Assembly: GCA_964403775.1 (NCBI GenBank) | Contig: CAYOHL010000003.1 | Location: 1 to 34,258, forward strand | DNA: 34,258 bases | Direction of reading: 5' to 3' | Source: an uncultured Methanosarcinales archaeon | Lineage (GTDB): Archaea > Nanobdellota > Nanobdellia > Woesearchaeales > CG1-02-33-12 | Part shown: positions 26,596 to 34,258 of the stretch, in pieces | How positions within the stretch are numbered: the first letter of the stretch is position 1 | Layout: each line of letters opens with the position of its first letter | Position numbers and translations under genes: made by a program | Notes under the pieces: generated by a model | Databases searched by the model: none | What the model saw: the letters and a program-made list of their open reading frames with translations, nothing else | What the model was told of the DNA's origin: nothing

Positions 26596-27183
26596 CTATA
26601 CCTTAATAAACTTTTTATGCCCTCTGCACGAAAACCAATCTCCCAAATCGCTGAAGAAAATCAAATCAGGGTATTTCCTTAGATGTTCCATCTTGTTGTT
26701 AACTATGAGGTCAACCTCTCCTGTAAAAACATTATTTTTTTGTTTGAAATGGTTTGCAACAATCTCATCACTTATCCTAATGCGATAATTATCATACAGT
26801 TGTTTATTGAGGCCATATGATTCCAGCATATCACCTATAATATAAGAATCATTCTTGCTTAATATTCCTAAGATTTTCTCATCCTTTCCTAAATACTTCC
26901 CCACTATTGAAAGATTTCTTAGTTCAACATCTTTTATATTTTCTTTGAAAATAGAATAAGGAAGCCCTTCTAAAACAGAGAGCACCTTAATAAGTTCTTT
27001 TCCACTATCTTTCCCAAAAATTTCCTTTAATAAGTATATTTTTTTGTTTTTATGGAATTCCTTAACTTTCTTTTTGTCTTCCTGATACTTTATAGCAATT
27101 TTAAATAAATCATTAAGTGTATGCTTCTTGATTAATGTTCCATCAAAGTCAATAAGAGCATCTATTCTTTCATCAATTGCCAT
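26596..27183 (-). CDS. HAD-superfamily-like hypothetical protein
   Basis: IDFDGTL motif I, ILS motif II, VANHF; motif IV degenerate. Confidence 0.6.
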   Translation of the reverse strand: MAIDERIDALIDFDGTLIKKHTLNDLFKIAIKYQEDKKKVKEFHKNKKIYLLKEIFGKDSGKELIKVLSVLEGLPYSIFKENIKDVELRNLSIVGKYLGKDEKILGILSKNDSYIIGDMLESYGLNKQLYDNYRIRISDEIVANHFKQKNNVFTGEVDLIVNNKMEHLRKYPDLIFFSDLGDWFSCRGHKKFIKV

Positions 27184-27188
27184 CTTAA

Positions 27189-29645
27189 TCAGTTGAAATA
27201 TGTATCGAGCCTGCTCTGGTCAATGCCTTTTATCAAGAAGTCTTTTTCAAAGCCCAGAACCTCAAATATCTTTTCAACAGAGGGAATAATCTGGTTGTTT
27301 ATATAATAATCCGGGTCATAATCATCCTTGCTTATATCTTCTGGAAGCTTGGCCCTATCCCTTATTTTTTCTTTATTTTTTCCCTTTGTTATGACATACT
27401 CTATAAGTGAGCCAGGGCCAACAGAAATACCTCTGTCCATCATAATTTGGGCTACTGCAACATGCGGCCCAATTGCATCATATTCATTTACTGCTTTTTG
27501 CAGCTGAGTGTGTATAACAACCTTTTCAATGGGAATCTTTCTGTCTTTAACAGCTGTGATAATGCTTTTTACATAGTCGAATGCCTTTTTTGGGTCTCCC
27601 TGCTTTAGGATTATGTTTAAGACCTCTCTTTGTGTTTCCTTTGCAATAAATGACCAGTTCCTCCTTATTGTTTCAAAACCCTTTATCTTTATCTGGCCAT
27701 CCTCTGAAAGCAGGGCATATTTTTTCTTTGCACCATACGGTCCCTCCTTTGCTGATACAAAAATCCCCCTTGGGTAGAATCCCTCATACTCCAGCTCCAT
27801 CAGGCCAGGAAGATTGGCGTTAATTGACTCAATGAATTTCTTTGTGTCATTTTTTATTTTTCCATCTAACAGTAGGAATATGGAGTCTGTATCAGAATAC
27901 AGCACCTTAAAACCTGTTTTTTGCGCACTATCAATAACCTCTTTTATATAATATCTCCCATAGGCTGTTATGCTCCTTGCACACTCTATTGAGTACCAGC
28001 GAGCTCCAAAAAACCCCATATAGCCATACATTGAGTTTCCGATTGTTTTTAATGCATACTGCCTTGCATTAAACAGCTTAAGTTTTTTCTTGTCAATACC
28101 TTTCATAATCTCCTTGATTCTCATTCTTCTTGTTATAATCGCCTCCAGCACTGTTGAAATGAATCCCTTTTTCTTTAAGCAGAACCAATACTTATCAAAA
28201 CCAGGGACATGTTTTTTGTCTTCACAGCACTTGCAGTTAAATGTGTCAGGTGATATGTTATGAGAGGTTATTATGCTCGGATACAGGCTCCTGAAATCAA
28301 AGATGGTTATGTCACTGTATAAGCCTGGAGTAGGCTTGAAAACAAAAGCCCCTACATAGGTTTGCTGCCTTCTTTTTTTTATCTGGTCATGAGTTGGCTT
28401 GTTTGGAACAATCTCATTGAGGTTTTTTGCCTGCTTTATAAGATACCATTCATCTAATTGTGAGAAACTCATCCTGCTTACATCAGCTATTGGAAGCCCG
28501 ACTATCTTGACAAGCTCAACAATATTAGGCATAATTTCATTGCAGAGCATAAATGTCAGTTTTGAATCCTGCAGGTTATAATCGCAGAACTTACCAAGGT
28601 GCTGTGGTTTTTTGTCCCATGTATAAGCGAGATCCCCAAGATTTATATCTCCTTTTTTCTCACCCAGCATCTCTTCTGCAACAGAGCCAAGCGAATAGCT
28701 GTCTGTTTCAAATGTTGTGCCCATGATTCTTTTTATAAATTTGAATATATCCAGATGGGCAATTCCAGTAATTTTTGTAGTTGCGATTCCTTTTTTGCTG
28801 ACGTTTATTGAGCTGTAATCAAGGCCAATATCAAGATTTATATTGTATTTTCTTGCCCTTGCTTCAATGTAAGGAAAATCAAACCCATCAGAAAAATAGC
28901 CAGTTATAATGTCCGGCTTGTAGGATTCTATTATTTCCTTAAACCTGTTTATCAGCTCCAGCTCGCTGCCGACAAACTCCATATAATTTTTAGTTGTCTT
29001 AAATTTTTTCCATGTAACCACTTTTTTTAGTTTATCACCATAAAAACTCACCATCAGTATCGGATTTTTTTCTTCATCAATCACCCTGCCTAATGGGTTG
29101 TATGTTTCTATGTCAAATGCAAGGATATTTGGGTTTTCTATTACATCATCACCAAGCTGCTCTATTTTATCTGCTTTCATAACAGAAACCCTTGATTTCT
29201 TGTTTATAAACTCGCCAGAGGTTTTGCATAGTGTCAATGGAATTATCTCCTTGTCTATGAGATATCTTCTTGTAAACTGGATGTCAAACTCATATGTTTC
29301 AACATCAAGGTTTTTTATTTCATTTCTTATAATAGGGATATCCCTTGGCAACTTTGTGAATACCTTCAAGGCATTTACATTCTTTCCAAGCAATTTTTTA
29401 CTGCATGGCTCTGTTTTTGTCACTGTGCTTATTATCCCATTTCTCTCAACCCTTGTTTTTTCTATTTTTTCCCTTATCTTGTCTATGTTGGCTTTTTTTG
29501 GAACAACCAGAAAATATGGCTCAAAACCCTCATCCCTGACACAAATCTGCTTTCCATCAGCTGTTTTTCCAAATAGGTTTACAACTGCCTTGTCCTGCTC
29601 CACACTATAGCTTGCATCTATTGGGTAAAACTCTATTTCAACCAT
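27189..29645 (-). CDS. polB: Family B DNA polymerase (archaeal PolB3-like)
   Basis: Exonuclease FDIET, GFDFPY, YNLQD; polymerase DFRSLYPSII, KTIGNSMYGY, YSDTDS, KKKY; no intein. Confidence 0.97.
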   Translation of the reverse strand: MVEIEFYPIDASYSVEQDKAVVNLFGKTADGKQICVRDEGFEPYFLVVPKKANIDKIREKIEKTRVERNGIISTVTKTEPCSKKLLGKNVNALKVFTKLPRDIPIIRNEIKNLDVETYEFDIQFTRRYLIDKEIIPLTLCKTSGEFINKKSRVSVMKADKIEQLGDDVIENPNILAFDIETYNPLGRVIDEEKNPILMVSFYGDKLKKVVTWKKFKTTKNYMEFVGSELELINRFKEIIESYKPDIITGYFSDGFDFPYIEARARKYNINLDIGLDYSSINVSKKGIATTKITGIAHLDIFKFIKRIMGTTFETDSYSLGSVAEEMLGEKKGDINLGDLAYTWDKKPQHLGKFCDYNLQDSKLTFMLCNEIMPNIVELVKIVGLPIADVSRMSFSQLDEWYLIKQAKNLNEIVPNKPTHDQIKKRRQQTYVGAFVFKPTPGLYSDITIFDFRSLYPSIITSHNISPDTFNCKCCEDKKHVPGFDKYWFCLKKKGFISTVLEAIITRRMRIKEIMKGIDKKKLKLFNARQYALKTIGNSMYGYMGFFGARWYSIECARSITAYGRYYIKEVIDSAQKTGFKVLYSDTDSIFLLLDGKIKNDTKKFIESINANLPGLMELEYEGFYPRGIFVSAKEGPYGAKKKYALLSEDGQIKIKGFETIRRNWSFIAKETQREVLNIILKQGDPKKAFDYVKSIITAVKDRKIPIEKVVIHTQLQKAVNEYDAIGPHVAVAQIMMDRGISVGPGSLIEYVITKGKNKEKIRDRAKLPEDISKDDYDPDYYINNQIIPSVEKIFEVLGFEKDFLIKGIDQSRLDTYFN

Positions 29646-29777
29646 TTTAGTGCTAAAAGACTAGTTTATATATAAAGCTTATGAAACTATTTTTAGGAAT
29701 ATAATGCCTTTGTTAAATAAAAATGACAAGAAAAATTTGCAATACATTTAAATATAATCCTCTTTTTATTATAGTTT

Positions 29778-30689
29778 ATGGTTTATGATTTAATTATAAT
29801 AGGGGCAGGGCCTGCCGGCCTTTCAGCAGCTATTTATGCATCAAGATATAATCTGACTACTCTTGTTATGGGTAAGGAGATTGGAGGAATGGCAGCCGAT
29901 GCCTACAAAATAGAGAATTACCCTGGCTTTAAGTCTGTTTCAGGCATGGAATTAATGAACAGATTTAAAGAGCAGGCCAATGGCATTGTTGATATAAAGC
30001 GTGAGAATATTGTTGAATTAAATAAAAATGATAATTTTATAATAACAACCAAAAAAGGAGTTTATAAATCAAAAGCAGTAATAGTTGCTTTAGGAACAAA
30101 AAGAAGAAAACTTAACATTCCAGGGGAACAGGAATTTATTGGAAGGGGGGTAAGCTATTGCGCAACATGCGATGCTGCTTTTTTTAAGGACAAGGTTGTT
30201 GGTGTTGTTGGCGGCAATGATGCTGCTGCAATGTCTGCATTGCTGTTGGCAGAATATGCAAAAAAGGTTTTCATAATCTACAGAAAGGAAAAAATAAGGG
30301 CAGAGCCATTAAGAGTAAGCCAGCTTGAGAAAAACAAAAAAATAACTGTAATAAACAGTACGAATGTTGTTGCTGTTAATGGCAGTAAGATGATGCATTC
30401 AATTGCTCTTGACAGGGAATTTAACCATAGCAGGAAGCTTGCCCTTGACGGGCTGTTTATTGAGATAGGCTCTGTCCCATCAACTGCTTTGACAAAAAAA
30501 TTAGGCATAAAACTAGATGAAGAGGGCTATATCATAGTTGATTCTTCACAAAAAACAAATATTAATGGAATTTATGCTGCTGGCGACATAACCTCTGGCT
30601 CTAACAAATTCAGGCAGATAATAACAGCAGCCTCAGAAGGGGCAATAGCAGCACATTCTGTTTATGGATTCCTCAAGAGCAAGAGTTAA
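29778..30689 (+). CDS. trxB: Thioredoxin reductase
   Basis: GAGPAG, IENYPG, GVSYCATCD, GIYAAGD, QIITAASEG. Confidence 0.93.
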   Translation: MVYDLIIIGAGPAGLSAAIYASRYNLTTLVMGKEIGGMAADAYKIENYPGFKSVSGMELMNRFKEQANGIVDIKRENIVELNKNDNFIITTKKGVYKSKAVIVALGTKRRKLNIPGEQEFIGRGVSYCATCDAAFFKDKVVGVVGGNDAAAMSALLLAEYAKKVFIIYRKEKIRAEPLRVSQLEKNKKITVINSTNVVAVNGSKMMHSIALDREFNHSRKLALDGLFIEIGSVPSTALTKKLGIKLDEEGYIIVDSSQKTNINGIYAAGDITSGSNKFRQIITAASEGAIAAHSVYGFLKSKS

Positions 30690-30690
30690 A

Positions 30691-30873
30691 ATGAAACTTT
30701 ATGAAGAATGGAAAAAGGATGTTGAAGAAAAATTAAGAAAGCTAAGTCTTGATAAAATTCCAACAATAGTAAAAAGATGCCCAAAATGCAGTTCATTAAG
30801 CTTGGAGTTTGACCAGAAAACAGGGCGTGTTTTCTGCACAAAATGCGGCTTTGAGATTTTTCTTCCAAAATGA
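30691..30873 (+). CDS. Small Zn-ribbon protein
   Basis: CPKC..CTKCG; ATG immediately after the trxB stop. Confidence 0.75.
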   Translation: MKLYEEWKKDVEEKLRKLSLDKIPTIVKRCPKCSSLSLEFDQKTGRVFCTKCGFEIFLPK

Positions 30874-30885
30874 AGAGGTGTTAAA

Positions 30886-31440
30886 ATGGCATTACATTAT
30901 AATCAGCAAAGAGTAGGGGTATTTGTTGACATACAGAACTTGTATTATTCTGCAAGAAATATGTACCATTCAAAGGTTAATTTCAGGGAAATATTAAAAG
31001 AGGCTGTTGGAAACCGCTCTCTGATAAGGGCAATAGCATACTGCATAAAGGCAGATGTAAAGGATGAGAAAAACTTTTTTGACAAGCTTGAGCAGATAGG
31101 CTTTGAGGTAAAGTCAAAAGATCTGCAGATATTTCCTGGCGGCGCAAAAAAAGGTGACTGGGATATTGGCATTGCAATGGATACAATAGAGCTTGCACCA
31201 AAGCTTGATACTATTATTTTAGTAAGCGGGGATGGTGATTTCTGCCCTTTGGTCCAGCATTTAAGAAGAGCCCTTGGGTGCAGGGTTGAGGTGATAGCAT
31301 TTGGGAGGACTGCATCATCAAAACTTACAGAAGATGCAGACAGCTTCTTTGACCTTGACAAAAACAAGAAAAAATTTTTGATTCCTCTAAAGAAAAAGAC
31401 TGAAAAACTGAATACAGAGAAAAGCAGGGAAGATGTATAA
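30886..31440 (+). CDS. NYN domain protein (LabA/DUF88)
   Basis: FVDIQN, KGDWDIGIAMD, SGDGDF. Confidence 0.92.
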   Translation: MALHYNQQRVGVFVDIQNLYYSARNMYHSKVNFREILKEAVGNRSLIRAIAYCIKADVKDEKNFFDKLEQIGFEVKSKDLQIFPGGAKKGDWDIGIAMDTIELAPKLDTIILVSGDGDFCPLVQHLRRALGCRVEVIAFGRTASSKLTEDADSFFDLDKNKKKFLIPLKKKTEKLNTEKSREDV

Positions 31441-32239
31441 AATAAAAGAGAAGAAATTTCTTGCAGAAAAAACAGTTATGATGAAGGTAATTTCTCCTGA
31501 TATTGCAAAAAAGGCAAAACCTGGAAATTTTGTCATTCTAAGAACTGATGAGAAAGGGGAAAGAATCCCATTAACAATTGCAGACCATGACTTAAAGACA
31601 ATAACAATTATTTTTCTTGTTGTTGGAAGAACAACAGAGGATTTATCAAAACTGAATAAAGGGGATTATGTCCTTGATGTTGCAGGCCCTTTAGGTAATC
31701 CAGTGGAAATTAAGAACTATGGGACAGTTGTTTTTGTTGCAGGCGGGCTTGGAATTGCTGCAATCTACCCCCAATTAAGAGCATTGAAAAAAAATAACAA
31801 AGTAATATCAATAATAGGCGCAAAAACAAAAAAGCTTCTTTTCCTTGTTGATGAAATAAAGGAAAATTCCAATAAGACAATAATCTGCACTGATGACGGT
31901 TCTTTTGGCAGAAAAGGGTTTGTCACAGAGGCATTAAATGATTTAATTAAAAATGAAAAAATTGACATGGTTATTGCGATAGGGCCGCCTATTATGATGA
32001 AGGCTGTTTCTGATCTTACAAGAGATAAGAAAATAAAAACAATAGCTTCCATTAACACAATAATGGTTGATGGCATAGGAATGTGCGGCAGCTGCAGGGT
32101 CAAGGTTAAAGATGAGATAAAGTTTGCATGCGTTGACGGTCCTGAGTTTGACGCCCATGATATTCATTGGGATGAGTTTCTTAAAAGAAATTCAAGGTAT
32201 AAGGAAGAAGAGCATGAGTGCATGCATTTGAAAAAATAA
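31433..32239 (+). CDS. nfnA: NfnA/SudB-like small subunit (FAD/NAD-binding, 2Fe-2S)
   Basis: ERIPLT, GPLG, GGLG, TDDGS, MVDGIGMCGSCR..ACVDGPEFD. Confidence 0.88.
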   Translation: MYKIKEKKFLAEKTVMMKVISPDIAKKAKPGNFVILRTDEKGERIPLTIADHDLKTITIIFLVVGRTTEDLSKLNKGDYVLDVAGPLGNPVEIKNYGTVVFVAGGLGIAAIYPQLRALKKNNKVISIIGAKTKKLLFLVDEIKENSNKTIICTDDGSFGRKGFVTEALNDLIKNEKIDMVIAIGPPIMMKAVSDLTRDKKIKTIASINTIMVDGIGMCGSCRVKVKDEIKFACVDGPEFDAHDIHWDEFLKRNSRYKEEEHECMHLKK

Positions 32240-33582
32240 TGAAAAACGAAGAACAAAGGCAAAAAGAGCAAAATCCTGAAGAGAGAATACATAATTTTGA
32301 TGAGGTATCTTTTGGGTACACAAGAGAGCAGGCCGTAAAAGAAGCAAAAAGATGTTTGCAGTGTCAATTACCTTTATGTGAGAAAGGATGCCCTGCCGGC
32401 ATATCAATAAAAAAATTCATAAACCATATTGCATGTGAAGAGTTTGACCTGGCCTTGAAAACAATACTTGAAAAAAACAGCCTTCCGGGAGTATGCGGAA
32501 GGGTTTGCCCAGCTGAAGAGCAATGCAAAAAATCATGCATAAGCAGGCCTAAAATAAACATAGAACTTCTTGAAAGATTCGCTGCAGAAAATGCAAAAAA
32601 AATTGTTAAGAATATAAAAAAAACAGGCAAGAGAATTGCTGTTGTTGGCTCTGGGCCTGCTGGATTGGCATGCGGCTCAGAGCTTGCGTTAATGGGCAAT
32701 GAGGTTGTTGTTTATGAGGCACTGCACAAGCCAGGCGGTGTTTTAACTTATGGGATTCCAGAGTTCAGGCTATCAAAAAAGATTGTTATGGATGAGATAA
32801 ATTACATAAAAAGGCTAGGTGTTAGTATAAAACTTAATTCTGTTGTAGGAAAACTATTTGGGGTTGATGAGCTCCTTAAAAAATATGATGCTGTTTTTAT
32901 TGCAACAGGGGCAGGCCTTCCGTACTTTTTGGGTATTGATGGGGAAAACCTTAGTAATGTTTATTCTGCCAATGAATTCTTAACAAGAAACAACCTCATG
33001 AAAGCTTACAAGTTTCCTGAATACACAACGCCTGTTAAGAAAGCAAAAAAAACAGTTGTTATTGGAGGGGGAAATGTTGCTGTTGATGCTGCAAGGGTTG
33101 CCAAACGCCTTGGCTCTGATGTTACACTAATTTACAGAAGGTCAAGAGCTGAAATGCCTGCTAGGGATAAGGAGATAAAGCATGCAGAGGAGGAGGGTAT
33201 TAAATTCATGTTTTTGGCAAATCCTCTTAAAATAATCGGAAAAGATGATGTTGAGGGCATTGAATGCATAAGAATGAGACTTGGAAAGCCAGACTATTCT
33301 GGAAGGAGAATGCCCCTGCCTGTAAAGGGCTCTGAATTTAAAATAGCCTGTGATCAGGTTATTGTTGCAATTGGCCAGGGCCCAAATCCTCTTATCGGAA
33401 AAACAATAAGTTTAAATACAGGAAAAAAAAGAAACATAGTAGTTGATACTAATTACCAAACATCAATTAAAAATGTTTTTGCAGGCGGAGACATAATAAC
33501 TGGCTCTGCAACAGTCATAAAAGCAATATCAGATGGCAAGAAAGCTGCAAAAATAATTGATGAAAAACTAAAAAGAGGTTAA
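32239..33582 (+). CDS. nfnB: NfnB/SudA-like large subunit (GltD-like, 4Fe-4S, FAD, NADPH)
   Basis: RCLQC..C..GCP, CGRVCP..QC..C, GSGPAG, YGIPEFRL, GGGNVA.D, FAGGD; TAATG coupling to the upstream gene. Confidence 0.88.
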   Translation: MKNEEQRQKEQNPEERIHNFDEVSFGYTREQAVKEAKRCLQCQLPLCEKGCPAGISIKKFINHIACEEFDLALKTILEKNSLPGVCGRVCPAEEQCKKSCISRPKINIELLERFAAENAKKIVKNIKKTGKRIAVVGSGPAGLACGSELALMGNEVVVYEALHKPGGVLTYGIPEFRLSKKIVMDEINYIKRLGVSIKLNSVVGKLFGVDELLKKYDAVFIATGAGLPYFLGIDGENLSNVYSANEFLTRNNLMKAYKFPEYTTPVKKAKKTVVIGGGNVAVDAARVAKRLGSDVTLIYRRSRAEMPARDKEIKHAEEEGIKFMFLANPLKIIGKDDVEGIECIRMRLGKPDYSGRRMPLPVKGSEFKIACDQVIVAIGQGPNPLIGKTISLNTGKKRNIVVDTNYQTSIKNVFAGGDIITGSATVIKAISDGKKAAKIIDEKLKRG

Positions 33583-33583
33583 A

Positions 33584-33985
33584 ATGAAAGAACTAAGGAC
33601 AAAGTTGATACTCCTGTTTTTATTTGTTGTATTATCCATAATTGTTGTTAACACAATGAGCACAATAGGAACAATACTCCTTACATACCTTATTGTAATA
33701 TCAGGAATATACATAAGCTTGGCATATATGGTGATAACCTTTATATTACATAAAAATAAAATGCCAACAGAATCATGGATAATGTTTTCAGTTGTTGCAA
33801 TATTTCTTGCAGCAAGCGCTTTTTTTGGAAGGTTTATGAATAACCTTCTTGTGGCTGAGCAGTTCCTTGCAATGAGCATGATACTTTTGTTTGTTGCAGC
33901 CCTTGTAAAGTTCTGGGGCACTATGAGCCTTACTGAGAAAAAGAAAAATCAATTAAAACAAAAAAAGAAGATAAATTTCAGATAG
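33584..33985 (+). CDS. Hypothetical 4-TM membrane protein
   Basis: Four hydrophobic segments, basic C-terminus, GAGGT RBS. Confidence 0.7.
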   Translation: MKELRTKLILLFLFVVLSIIVVNTMSTIGTILLTYLIVISGIYISLAYMVITFILHKNKMPTESWIMFSVVAIFLAASAFFGRFMNNLLVAEQFLAMSMILLFVAALVKFWGTMSLTEKKKNQLKQKKKINFR

Positions 33986-33987
33986 AA

Positions 33988-34236
33988 TTATAACTCAACC
34001 TTCATAAGATTTATTTCCTTTATCAGATTAATATATCCCTCAACAACCTTCTTGCTTTTTATCTTGCTTATCTTTTCCTGGACTTTGGTGAGAAAATTTG
34101 CTATCTTTTTCTTGTCTTCATCCTGATTCTGCATAACAACATTGACATAACTATCTAAAATAGACTCACCATTAAATTTTATATTAATGTTTTTTTCCAT
34201 TTTCTTGAGGTCATTAAAAATATGCTCTGCAACCAT
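33988..34236 (-). CDS. Hypothetical protein
   Basis: 82-aa ORF convergent with the previous gene, host-like composition. Confidence 0.5.
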   Translation of the reverse strand: MVAEHIFNDLKKMEKNINIKFNGESILDSYVNVVMQNQDEDKKKIANFLTKVQEKISKIKSKKVVEGYINLIKEINLMKVEL

Positions 34237-34258
34237 TTCAGGATAGTCTATTAAAGTG

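Noticed and set aside
30886-31440. NYN protein as an anti-phage or toxin-antitoxin system
   Set aside because: Standalone LabA/DUF88 type inside a housekeeping redox operon, with no partner or defence context
32239-33582. Glutamate synthase small subunit
   Set aside because: No gltB nearby, and translational coupling to an NfnA/SudB homologue indicates an Nfn-type complex
25-33921. Many antisense or nested ORFs in the track (e.g. 400-1056, 6584-7093, 29098-29610, 30945-31367)
   Set aside because: Shadows of well-supported genes on the opposite strand, with no motifs

Overview
Archaeal chromosomal segment, most likely DPANN/Nanobdellota and Woesearchaeota-like (inferred from TFB, SRP54, PolB, AMP phosphorylase, TATA/BRE promoters, intron-bearing tRNAs and several bacterial-type enzymes). 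It holds about 30 housekeeping or metabolic genes (srp54, thrS, AdoMetDC, AMP phosphorylase, prs, tfb, polB, trxB, nfnAB-like pair) and four minus-strand tRNA genes. The most unusual signal is non-coding. tRNA-Val(GAC) and tRNA-Ser(TGA) each have a canonical 37/38 intron plus a long (122 and 103 nt) T-loop intron at 59/60. The two T-loop introns share boundary sequences (TTCAAA|ACA...TGAAAG|T) and contain the same short hairpin modules in a different order. One module recurs, inverted, in a 92-bp unit that duplicates the tRNA-Thr 3' end. That unit forms most of an exact 102-bp direct repeat bounding a 4.4-kb integrase-less island. The island carries a GT2 glycosyltransferase, NUDIX hydrolase, nucleoside monophosphate kinase-like and HprK-like genes, a truncated radical SAM gene, an antiporter remnant and further hairpin elements. 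My inference is a family of modular hairpin cassettes that targets tRNA T-loops.
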